From: Paludibacteraceae bacterium
GTDB lineage: Bacteria; Bacteroidota; Bacteroidia; Bacteroidales; Paludibacteraceae
DNA length: 64,000 nt
Reading direction: 5' to 3'
Assembly: GCA_905234835.1 (NCBI GenBank)
Contig: CAJOIZ010000006.1
Location: 10,345 to 74,344, forward strand
The notes under the pieces were generated by a model. It saw only the letters and a program-made list of their open reading frames with translations. It was not told the origin of the DNA and did no database searches. The position numbers and the translations under genes were made by a program. Of this stretch, positions 53,319 to 61,838 are shown one piece after another (position 1 is the first letter of the stretch; each line of letters begins with the position of its first letter).

Positions 53319-54174
53319 GATTATCATATTACTACGTTCTCTGTACGGTTATCTGCTCAAATGGGCATACGATCTGCGGTTGTTACGCGTGCCTGAATTA
53401 GGAACACGCCAACAGGAAGATGTTATCGTCTCGCTAACCAGTTACGGACGACGTGTACAAGAGGGCGTGGTATGCTACAGCATTTATTCCATACTTAGGC
53501 AGACTTTGCAACCAAAACGTATCATTCTGTGGCTTGGCGAAAAGGAGTGGAACGACACCAATCTGCCCAAACACGTAGCGGCGTTGCGCAGCAAAGGCGT
53601 GGAAATCCGGTATTGCCATGATATGAAATCCTATACGAAACTACTGCCGGCATTGGCACTTTGTCCAGAAGACCATATCATTACAGTTGATGATGACATT
53701 CTTTATCCCGTCAATCTAATTGCCAATTTGTCAAAACATCATCATCAGTATCCTCATGCGATTATAACACCTAATCTATATCTGCCTCATAAAAACGGAG
53801 AAGAATATACACCTTATCTCTCGTGGCCTTTAGACACTCCGGAAAAGCCGATGCTATATCATTTTCCAATGGGTTGTGCAAGTTGTTGGTATCCGCCACA
53901 TAGTTTGAGGGAAGACATGCTTGACTATTCGTTGGCACAACAATATGCGCCCAATGCCGATGATGTATGGTTTTGGGCTGCCGGAATAGCGAATGGAACT
54001 CTAAAATATCGAACAAATTGGAGTTATCATATAATATCTTTTGATGCCATATATCAGTATCTACATAATGGAAGTGCGCTACAGCATAGCAATGTAAAAG
54101 GGAATAGTTTGACTAATGATATGCAGATTTCAGCAACGATGAAATACGTAAAAGCGCAATATGGAATTAGTTAG
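53308..54174 (+). CDS. putative glycosyltransferase (family not recognised)
   Basis: The start 'MMHKIII' overlaps the upstream stop. 'VSLTSYGRRV' and 'IITVDDDILYP' form a DxD-like motif. Confidence 0.45.
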   Translation: MMHKIIILLRSLYGYLLKWAYDLRLLRVPELGTRQQEDVIVSLTSYGRRVQEGVVCYSIYSILRQTLQPKRIILWLGEKEWNDTNLPKHVAALRSKGVEIRYCHDMKSYTKLLPALALCPEDHIITVDDDILYPVNLIANLSKHHHQYPHAIITPNLYLPHKNGEEYTPYLSWPLDTPEKPMLYHFPMGCASCWYPPHSLREDMLDYSLAQQYAPNADDVWFWAAGIANGTLKYRTNWSYHIISFDAIYQYLHNGSALQHSNVKGNSLTNDMQISATMKYVKAQYGIS

Positions 54175-55114
54175 TCTTATCTGCCCCATATACAATGAAG
54201 AAAGATTGATTGAAACGTGTCTTCAGTCAGTGCTTGTTCAAGATTGCCCAAAAGAACAATGGGAGTTGTTGCTTATTGATGGTGGCAGTACAGATAAGAC
54301 ACGGAGTCTGTTAGCCCCATATCTAAAAATATACACCAATATACGACTGCTTGATAATCCACACCGCACTGTGCCATACGCAATGAATATCGGTATTCGG
54401 GCCGCAAAGGGAGTATATATATGCCGCATAGATGCACATGCTTCATATCCGACAAACTACATAAGTACCCTGCTACGTTATACAAAAGAATTGCCCGATG
54501 CTGCCAATGTCGGAGTGAGTTGTATTACAAAACCCCGTAACGCCAGCGACAAGGCACGTGCTATTGCCGCGGTCCTGTCAGATAAGTTTGGAGTCGGTGG
54601 TTCGGATTTCCGAATAGGGGTGAACAAAGTAACAGAAACTGACACCGTACCGTTCGGATTCTTCAAACGAACTATTTTTGAAAAAGTAGGCTACTACGAT
54701 GAGCGACTGACGCGAAACCAAGATATAGAATTGAACAAGCGTATATCCGCTTATGGAGGGAAGATTTACCTTGTTCCGGATACGACTTGCATCTATTATG
54801 CGCGCGCCACGTATTCGAAACTGGCAAATAATAATTTTGAAAACGGCAAATGGAACATACTGACGGTGTATTATACAAAAGACTTTAGTTCGTTGAGTTT
54901 GAGGCATTTTATTCCACTGCTATTCGTTCTGTCTCTTATCACAGGCGTTTCCTTTCTTTTGTACCTGCTGGTAATGAGCATCGTTTCTCTTCGTTTGTGC
55001 GCCAAGCGACAACTACGTTTCCCCTATGTATTATGGGCTTTCACTGCACTGCATATCTGTTATGGCGCAGGATCGTTAACCAGTTTGTTGAAACTGCCGT
55101 TTATGAAACGATAA
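54161..55114 (+). CDS. glycosyltransferase family 2 with a C-terminal membrane anchor
   Basis: 'VSLICPIYNEERLIETCLQSVLVQD', 'IDGGSTDKT' and 'RIDAH'. Confidence 0.8.
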   Translation: MELVSLICPIYNEERLIETCLQSVLVQDCPKEQWELLLIDGGSTDKTRSLLAPYLKIYTNIRLLDNPHRTVPYAMNIGIRAAKGVYICRIDAHASYPTNYISTLLRYTKELPDAANVGVSCITKPRNASDKARAIAAVLSDKFGVGGSDFRIGVNKVTETDTVPFGFFKRTIFEKVGYYDERLTRNQDIELNKRISAYGGKIYLVPDTTCIYYARATYSKLANNNFENGKWNILTVYYTKDFSSLSLRHFIPLLFVLSLITGVSFLLYLLVMSIVSLRLCAKRQLRFPYVLWAFTALHICYGAGSLTSLLKLPFMKR

Positions 55115-55921
55115 ATGATACACAGACACCGTATTATGACCGACACATACGAGTTATACAAGCACGCTTGGATCTACGGCGGCGCACCGCATACTGAGCA
55201 ACGGCTGACCGACGGGCAGACGCTTTCTCTGTTGCGGGAAGGCGGCTGGATGGTGCGCAACACGTATGACTTCGACATGCCGGATCAGACTTTGTTCTGG
55301 TACGTCATCAAGGACCGCTTCGGCGGTATGGAGGAACTGAGCGCTAAAACGCGCAACCAGGTGCGCAGAGGAACGGCTCACTACAGCATACGACAGATAA
55401 CGAAAGAGGAACTGGCGGAAAAAGGCTATGCCATTTACTGCGCAGCAGCAAAAGCATACAAATCAGCCGCAAAGGCACCGTCACCAACAGAGTTTCAAGA
55501 CCGTATCCGAAAAGCCGACGACAACATCGAATACTGGGGTGCGTACAAAATGAACAACGAATTGGTCGCTTTTGCAATTAACAAGACGGGGGAAGACTAT
55601 TGCAACTATCAGACACTCAAGGCACTGCCGGAGGATATGAAAAACTATGTCTATTACGCGCTGATTTTCGAGATGAGCAGGTATTACCTTCAGGAACGGC
55701 GGTTGAAGTATGTATTAGACGGCGCACGAAGCATCACCGAACACTCCAACATACAGCCATTCCTTGAGGAAAAATTCAATTTCAGAAAAGCCTATTGCCA
55801 TCTGTCCATACATTATCAGTGGTGGTTCGGAATATTGGTCAAATGCCTATACCCGTTTAGAAAGATAATCAAGATACCTCAAATTCAGGCGGTACTCGCT
55901 ATGCACGCTATGCAAGGTTAG
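55115..55921 (+). CDS. FemAB/CelD-like GNAT-fold acyl- or aminoacyl-transferase (tentative)
   Basis: 'SAKTRNQVRRG' resembles the FemABX 'KTRNxIRKA' motif. The length and alpha/beta pattern are compatible. The assignment is from memory only. Confidence 0.4.
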   Translation: MIHRHRIMTDTYELYKHAWIYGGAPHTEQRLTDGQTLSLLREGGWMVRNTYDFDMPDQTLFWYVIKDRFGGMEELSAKTRNQVRRGTAHYSIRQITKEELAEKGYAIYCAAAKAYKSAAKAPSPTEFQDRIRKADDNIEYWGAYKMNNELVAFAINKTGEDYCNYQTLKALPEDMKNYVYYALIFEMSRYYLQERRLKYVLDGARSITEHSNIQPFLEEKFNFRKAYCHLSIHYQWWFGILVKCLYPFRKIIKIPQIQAVLAMHAMQG

Positions 55922-55923
55922 GA

Positions 55924-56535
55924 ATGAAAGCGCTCAAATACATATTCGACCGTCTGACGGCATTAACGGGCTTGCTGGTTCTGTGGCCTGTCTTGCTTGC
56001 TGTAGCAATACAGATTAGGTGCAGGATGTCTGGTCCCGTTTTCTTTATACAGAAACGCGTGGGACGGAACGGACGGTTGTTCGACTGCCACAAGTTCCGC
56101 ACGATGACGATTGGACACGGCGGCAGCAGTGTGAGCGTGGCGGGCGAAAGCCGCATCACACCGCTAGGAGCCAAATTGCGCAAATACAAACTGGACGAAC
56201 TGCCCGAACTATGGGACGTGTTCATCGGAACAATGTCTTTCGTAGGCCCGCGACCGGATGTCCCTGGTTATGCGGACAAACTGCAAGGTGAAGACCGGAT
56301 TATCCTGTCCCTTCGCCCTGGCATCACTGGCCCGGCCACACTCAAATACCGCAACGAGGAAGAACTGCTCGCCACTGTGGATGACCCGCAGCGGTACAAC
56401 GACGAAGTCATCTATCCCGACAAGGTGCGCATCAATCGGTACTATGCGGAGCACTATTCGTTCGCAAAAGACATACAGATGATTCTCTGTACCGTACTCG
56501 GCAAACACATGCTCTACAACAACGAAATGATTTAG
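55924..56535 (+). CDS. small polyprenyl-phosphate sugar-phosphate transferase (PglC/WcfS/EpsL type)
   Basis: One N-terminal re-entrant helix. 'KLDELPELWDVFIGTMSFVGPRPDVPGY'. Confidence 0.85.
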   Translation: MKALKYIFDRLTALTGLLVLWPVLLAVAIQIRCRMSGPVFFIQKRVGRNGRLFDCHKFRTMTIGHGGSSVSVAGESRITPLGAKLRKYKLDELPELWDVFIGTMSFVGPRPDVPGYADKLQGEDRIILSLRPGITGPATLKYRNEEELLATVDDPQRYNDEVIYPDKVRINRYYAEHYSFAKDIQMILCTVLGKHMLYNNEMI

Positions 56536-56537
56536 TT

Positions 56538-57797
56538 ATGGAACGAAAAACGATATACTTATGCCTTGCTCATATGTCCGAAGAGGGACTGGAGCAGAAA
56601 TACATCAAGGAGGCTTTTGACACCAACTGGGTGGTGCCTCTCGGACCCAATGTCAATGCCTTTGAGAAGGATTTGGAGCGTTTTGTCGGCGAGGACAAGC
56701 GGGTCGTGGCGTTGTCTGCCGGAACGGCGGCAGTCCATCTGGCGCTCATCGGATGCGGTGTGAAAGCAGGCGACGAAGTCTGCGTACAGTCGTTCACGTT
56801 CTGCGCCAGTGCCAATCCGGTCCGTTACGCCGGAGCGACACCCGTATTCATCGACTCTGAACCCGGCACGTGGAATATGGACCCCAAGTTGCTGGAGAAA
56901 GCCATTCTCGATCGCAAAGCTAAAACTGGCAGATACCCGAAAGCCATCATCCCGGTCGCCCTGTACGGTATGCCGTACGACTGCGGACGCATAATGGAGG
57001 TCGCCGACAGGTACGGCATACCCGTGATTGAAGACGCGGCGGAGGGGTTCGGCAGCAGGTATAAAGGGCGGATGTTGGGAACATTCGGCAGGTACGGCGT
57101 GCTGTCTTTCAACGGCAATAAGATGATTACCACTTCTGGCGGAGGCGCGCTGATTTGTGCGGATGAGGAACAGAAAGACCGGATTATGTGGTATGCCACT
57201 CAGGCGCGTGAAGCTTATCCCTACTACCAGCACGAAGAGATTGGCTACAACTACCGCATGTCCAATATCTGCGCGGGTATCGGACGGGGGCAGATGGCAA
57301 TAGTGAACGACCACATAGCGCACCACAAGCACGTTCAGCAGCGTTATGCGGAACTGCTACGCGATATCCCCGGCATCCGACTGCATAGTGCGCCTGATAC
57401 CGACTACGATTCCAACTACTGGTTATGCACGATAACACTTGACCCCGCACTGCGCATAGCCGGGCAAGAGAACGCCTACAAAGAGACCGTCCAGTCTGCC
57501 GTAGGAGGAGCCGCAGGAGTCATCCATCAGACTGACACGCCCGTTACAGACTGCCAGCCTAATCCCAATGTGGAGGCACTGCGCGTTTTCCTGCTGGAGC
57601 ACAAGATTGAGGCGCGACCCGTATGGAAACCGATGCACAAACAGCCTGTATTTGCCGGCTGTCCCGCATATACCAACGGTGTCAGCGAAGCCATCTTCAA
57701 GGTCGGAATGTGTCTGCCGGCGGGACCGATGGTGACAGACGATGATATTGAGTATATCGTCGAAAAGATAAAAGAAGCAACCCTTAAAGCAATCTGA
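56538..57797 (+). CDS. DegT/DnrJ/EryC1 family sugar aminotransferase (PglE/WcfR-like)
   Basis: 'FDTNWVVPLGPNV' and the PLP-lysine region 'LSFNGNKMITTSGGGAL'. Confidence 0.85.
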   Translation: MERKTIYLCLAHMSEEGLEQKYIKEAFDTNWVVPLGPNVNAFEKDLERFVGEDKRVVALSAGTAAVHLALIGCGVKAGDEVCVQSFTFCASANPVRYAGATPVFIDSEPGTWNMDPKLLEKAILDRKAKTGRYPKAIIPVALYGMPYDCGRIMEVADRYGIPVIEDAAEGFGSRYKGRMLGTFGRYGVLSFNGNKMITTSGGGALICADEEQKDRIMWYATQAREAYPYYQHEEIGYNYRMSNICAGIGRGQMAIVNDHIAHHKHVQQRYAELLRDIPGIRLHSAPDTDYDSNYWLCTITLDPALRIAGQENAYKETVQSAVGGAAGVIHQTDTPVTDCQPNPNVEALRVFLLEHKIEARPVWKPMHKQPVFAGCPAYTNGVSEAIFKVGMCLPAGPMVTDDDIEYIVEKIKEATLKAI

Positions 57798-57802
57798 AAT
57801 AT

Positions 57803-59743
57803 ATGATGCATAGTCTTATCCAGTCGGATATCTTCTCTCATATCCCTGATATGAAGTACACTCCCCGTTGGGCGGTGTTGCTGATTGACCTTGTGCTGTG
57901 CTTTGCGGCATACATCATCAGTTTCGCCATCGGTAGCAGTCTGTTCACCTACGGCATTGACGAACTGGCGCTTGGCATCTGGCAGCAGATGTTGGTGGTG
58001 ATGCTGATTCAGGTCTTGTGTTTCTGGCTGTTCCATTCCTATTCGGGCATCCTGCGGTTCTCCACGTTTGTGGACATCATCAAGGTGTTGCTGGCTGTCT
58101 TCAGTTGTGGTGTGATTGTGCTTTTGACCAATGTTATTGTCCAGTCTGCCACAGGTGTCAAGCTGTTCCTGAACACGCTACCCTTCATCTATTGCCCGTT
58201 GGCATTCATCCTTCTATTCTGCCTCCGTGTTGGGGTCAAGACGTTGTATGACACGGTGTTGCAGCATACGGGTCAGCGCCGACGTGTATTGATTTACGGC
58301 ACCAAGTCTGCCGGACTCGCCATCGCGAAGATGCTCCGCAGTTCGGGGTCCTACTACGAATATGTGCCCAAAGGATTCATCACCGATGGCAAGGACATAC
58401 GCTCGTTCAGTATGCAGGGACTGCCCATCTACGTGAAGAACGACGACCTCATTCCCCTCATGCAACGCAAGAACATACGCGACGTGATTGTCTCCCCGAT
58501 GAAGATGAAGGAGATCAACCCGGGCGTGGATTTGGATATCTTCCTGAAGAACAACATCCGCATACTGACCGCTCCCTCGTTCTCATCATGGAAACAAGGC
58601 GACGAGCAGGAGGTGCGCATCGGCCGTATTGAGTCCATACAGATTGAGGACTTGTTGGAGCGTCCGACCATCACGATGAACACGGAGAACGTGTCTGCCA
58701 TCCTGTCCGGACAGGTGGTAATGATCACCGGTGCGGCGGGCTCGATTGGCAGCGAACTGGTGCGTCAGGTATTGCGCTTCAACCCGTCGGTGGTCATACT
58801 CTTTGAGCAGGCGGAGTCACCTCTTCACGACCTGCGGCTGGACCTGCGCCACCAGTTCCCCGAAGCCAACATCGTGGCTTACATTGGCGACTTGCGCGAA
58901 CGCGGGGCATTGGAGCAGGCGTTCCGCGACTACCGTCCCGATGTCATCTTCCATGCCGGCGCATACAAGCACGTGCCCTTGATGGAGGAGTTCCCCAACG
59001 AGGCGGTGCGCGCCAACGTACTTGGTACAAAGAACATTGCTGACCTGGCTGTTGAATACGGCGCTAAGCGCTTTGTAATGGTCTCCACCGACAAGGCGGT
59101 CAACCCGACCAACGTGATGGGAGCGTCGAAGCGCATAGCCGAAATCTACGTGCAGTCGCTCTATCGGAAACTATCCGCCGAGAATCCCAATTGCACACGT
59201 TTCATTACCACGCGCTTCGGCAACGTACTCGGCTCCAATGGTTCGGTCATACCCTACTTCAAGAAACAGATTGCACAGGGCGGACCCGTCACCGTCACGC
59301 ACCCCGACATCATCCGCTTCTTCATGACCATTCCGGAGGCGTGTACGCTCGTTATGGAGGCGGCCACACTGGGCAATGGAGGCGAGATATTCGTCTTCGA
59401 CATGGGGCATCAGGTCAAGATTCTGGACCTCGCCAAGAACATGATTCGCCTTGCCGGCTACCGGCCCGATGTGGATATACCCATCGTTTTCACGGGCTTG
59501 CGACCGGGCGAGAAACTCTATGAGGAGGTGCTCAACCGCAAGGAGATAACGCTGCCTACCGAGAACGAGAAGATTAAGATTGCTCGGGTACGCGAGGAGG
59601 ATTACGACAAGGTCAGTCCTGCCATTGACAAGCTCATTGAGATTGCGCGGAAGGAGTTGCCCATGCAGACGGTGGCGCAGATGAAGCGCATTGTACCCGA
59701 ATACAAGCCGAAGAACTCCATCTACGAACAACTCGACCGATAG
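57803..59743 (+). CDS. membrane-anchored NDP-HexNAc 4,6-dehydratase (CapD/PglF/WbpM family)
   Basis: 4-5 N-terminal TM segments, 'VMITGAAGSIGSEL', and 'Y..K' within 'HAGAYKHVPLME'. Confidence 0.85.
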   Translation: MMHSLIQSDIFSHIPDMKYTPRWAVLLIDLVLCFAAYIISFAIGSSLFTYGIDELALGIWQQMLVVMLIQVLCFWLFHSYSGILRFSTFVDIIKVLLAVFSCGVIVLLTNVIVQSATGVKLFLNTLPFIYCPLAFILLFCLRVGVKTLYDTVLQHTGQRRRVLIYGTKSAGLAIAKMLRSSGSYYEYVPKGFITDGKDIRSFSMQGLPIYVKNDDLIPLMQRKNIRDVIVSPMKMKEINPGVDLDIFLKNNIRILTAPSFSSWKQGDEQEVRIGRIESIQIEDLLERPTITMNTENVSAILSGQVVMITGAAGSIGSELVRQVLRFNPSVVILFEQAESPLHDLRLDLRHQFPEANIVAYIGDLRERGALEQAFRDYRPDVIFHAGAYKHVPLMEEFPNEAVRANVLGTKNIADLAVEYGAKRFVMVSTDKAVNPTNVMGASKRIAEIYVQSLYRKLSAENPNCTRFITTRFGNVLGSNGSVIPYFKKQIAQGGPVTVTHPDIIRFFMTIPEACTLVMEAATLGNGGEIFVFDMGHQVKILDLAKNMIRLAGYRPDVDIPIVFTGLRPGEKLYEEVLNRKEITLPTENEKIKIARVREEDYDKVSPAIDKLIEIARKELPMQTVAQMKRIVPEYKPKNSIYEQLDR

Positions 59744-59751
59744 ACTGACGC

Positions 59752-60894
59752 ATGACTGCCCTCTATTGCATAGCTGCCTTTCTGGTGTCTTTTGTGCTTT
59801 TCCCCGTCGTGCTGAAAGCGGCGCGACGCTATAATCTGGTGGACAGCCCGGACGAGCGCAAACTGCAGACCGAGCCGGTGCCTTCTATGGGCGGCATTGT
59901 CGTGGCGGCGGGCGTGTTCCTTCCTCTCTTGGTGGCTGCCCCCGGACTGCCTGCTTACGAATGGTTCGTCATGGCGGCTATGCTCGCATTGGGCATGGTG
60001 GACGATGTGCACAACTTGTCGGCGAAGTTCCGCTTTCTCGTGGAGCTCGTTCTGGTTCTACTGCTTCTGTTCTTTGATTACGGAATGTTGCTTGCCGGAT
60101 ATGACGTGACGCCTGCGGTGTTGCTCTATTTGCTGTTTGCTATAGCAGGTGTCGGCATCATCAACGCCATCAACATGATTGACGGCATTGACGGTCTTTC
60201 CTCTGGATTTGGCATATTGTCATGCAGTATCTTTGCCGTTGCATTCTGCCGCATGGGCGATAGGGCGCACATGCTCTTGTCGGGTGTGTGTGCTGCCGCA
60301 TTGGTCCCTTTCTATCTGCACAACGTCTTCGGCAGCAAGAGCAAGATGTACATTGGCGATGGAGGCAGTCTGTTCATCGGGATTATTCTGGTCATCAACA
60401 CGTTCGCACTGCTGCTCGGTTGGAGTCCGTTTATTGTGGCGCGCTTCACGCTTTTCCAAACCGGAGGTTTCGTCGTAGGGGCGGCGTTTTGTCTTGCTGT
60501 GCTGTGTATTCCTGTGTTTGACACGTTGCGTGTGATGTTCGACCGCATCGCTCATGGCATCCATCCGTTTCATCCGGACAAGAAGCACCTTCATCATCGG
60601 TTGTTGGAACTCGGGTTCTCCCATTTCGGCGCTTCTACGGCGATTATACTGACCAATCTGCTCATTGTGGGCGTATGGTATCTCAGTTTCGTTCTGTCTT
60701 GTCCGGCTTACGGACAGATGCTGCTGGTGGTTGCGATGGGACTGCTGTCCACTTGTGGTTTCTATTATGGCTCCTTCTGGTGCGAACGCTGCCAAAACGG
60801 AACCTACCGCCTTCTTCGCCGTCTGGGCGAAGCCTCTCATCTGGAGCACACCACTCTCTGGCTCCGCCTCCAGCGCCTCCTCGACACCCTCTAA
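59752..60894 (+). CDS. MraY/WecA-family polyprenyl-phosphate HexNAc-1-phosphate transferase
   Basis: 'NAINMIDGIDGLSSG' and 'YIGDGGSLFIG', with about 10 TM segments. Confidence 0.85.
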   Translation: MTALYCIAAFLVSFVLFPVVLKAARRYNLVDSPDERKLQTEPVPSMGGIVVAAGVFLPLLVAAPGLPAYEWFVMAAMLALGMVDDVHNLSAKFRFLVELVLVLLLLFFDYGMLLAGYDVTPAVLLYLLFAIAGVGIINAINMIDGIDGLSSGFGILSCSIFAVAFCRMGDRAHMLLSGVCAAALVPFYLHNVFGSKSKMYIGDGGSLFIGIILVINTFALLLGWSPFIVARFTLFQTGGFVVGAAFCLAVLCIPVFDTLRVMFDRIAHGIHPFHPDKKHLHHRLLELGFSHFGASTAIILTNLLIVGVWYLSFVLSCPAYGQMLLVVAMGLLSTCGFYYGSFWCERCQNGTYRLLRRLGEASHLEHTTLWLRLQRLLDTL

Positions 60895-60920
60895 TAATTG
60901 GATAGTCTTAGTCTGATAAT

Positions 60921-61015
60921 CCGCTACCCCTGCGCTACCTGTGCCCTACCCTTCCGCTACCCCTATTCTATCCTTGCACTACCTCTGCCCTACCCTTCGC
61001 TACCTTTGCCGTGCC
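60921..61015. repeat. tandem 11-nt array (gc[cg]ctacc[ct][cg]t-like), about 8.5 units
   Basis: Counted by hand. This is the first of four abutting arrays. Confidence 0.85.
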
Positions 61016-61124
61016 CAACACGCAGTCACCAACACGTAGTCATCAACACGCAGTCATCAACACGTAGTCCCCAACACAACGTCCACAACACGAAGTCCCC
61101 AACACGTAGTCCCCAACACGCAGT
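61016..61124. repeat. tandem 14-nt array caacacg[ct]agtc[ac][ct], about 8 units
   Basis: Counted by hand. The same word family recurs at 62853-62910. Confidence 0.9.
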
Positions 61125-61158
61125 CAACTATCAACTATCAACTATCAACTATCAACTA
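61125..61158 (-). repeat. TTGATAG heptamer array in reverse orientation (caactat x5)
   Basis: Counted by hand. Confidence 0.9.
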
Positions 61159-61164
61159 ACCCAG

Positions 61165-61224
61165 AGCGGGTGATTAGCGGGTGATTAGCGGGTGGTTAGC
61201 GGGTGATTAGCGGGTGATTAGCGG
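61165..61224. repeat. tandem 11-nt array agcgggtgatt, about 5.5 units
   Basis: Counted by hand. This is the reverse complement of the array at 37104-37147. Confidence 0.9.
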
Positions 61225-61436
61225 AACGACTCAACGAGAACACAACGACAATACAACAATAGAGATACGATTAAGCAGACCACACCGAAGGCTCACCTTA
61301 CCAACACCGTCTTTTGCTCCCCTCCCGCATCCTATAACGCTCCCATCGGCTTTTATCCTTACGGTCTAATGAGCGGATAGTTAGACACGTCTCTCCAGAG
61401 CCGCCAATAAAGGATAGGGCTTCGTTCATTGCGTTT

Positions 61437-61474
61437 ACATGAAAGCCCGGTGGGCTTTTATGGTTGCGGACTAA
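61437..61474 (+). other. conserved 38-nt hairpin element, copy 1 (acatgaaaGCCCggtGGGCttttatggttgcggactaa)
   Basis: It is near-identical to 62794-62831. It has a 7-bp stem and a 3-nt loop. A partial third copy lies at 61348-61371. Confidence 0.7.
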
Positions 61475-61556
61475 TGGGTAGATATATGAGCACCCGCTCT
61501 GCCGAAAGAACTTGAAAAGGTCCTGCTCTCGCGGTTAACCCCGCGAGCAATAACAA

Positions 61557-61596
61557 CAGAAGGCTATCAGCATGGATAGCCTTCTGTTTGTTTCTT
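61557..61596 (+). terminator. strong intrinsic-terminator-like hairpin
   Basis: cagaaggctatc-agcatg-gatagccttctg forms a 12-bp stem and is followed by TTTGTTTCTT. No annotated gene ends nearby. Confidence 0.6.
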
Positions 61597-61624
61597 ATAG
61601 CCTTATGTCTTTTTCTTTTATTGC

Positions 61625-61838
61625 CTGCGAATTTAATTCGCAGTACTTTCGTTGTTGTAGCGGCTGGGAGCCGCCCCTTTCTTCTATTAGCCCCGAATCT
61701 GATTCGGGTTCAGAAAGTATGTTTATTTCGCGGCAATTGTATTGCCGCAGTACTTCTTTTCCTTTCGCCGATTGTCAATCGGCATTTTCTATGTTCATTG
61801 CGTCTGAATAGTATTCAAACACGGCTCCCCAGAGCCGT
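61625..61838 (+). repeat. series of seven short hairpins (5-8 bp stems, mostly 3-nt loops) separated by pyrimidine-rich spacers, period about 33-39 nt
   Basis: Stems are at 61625-43, 61660-74, 61692-708, 61730-48, 61767-83, 61805-17 and 61821-38. The inner stems share GAAT/ATTC-like cores. Confidence 0.7.
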
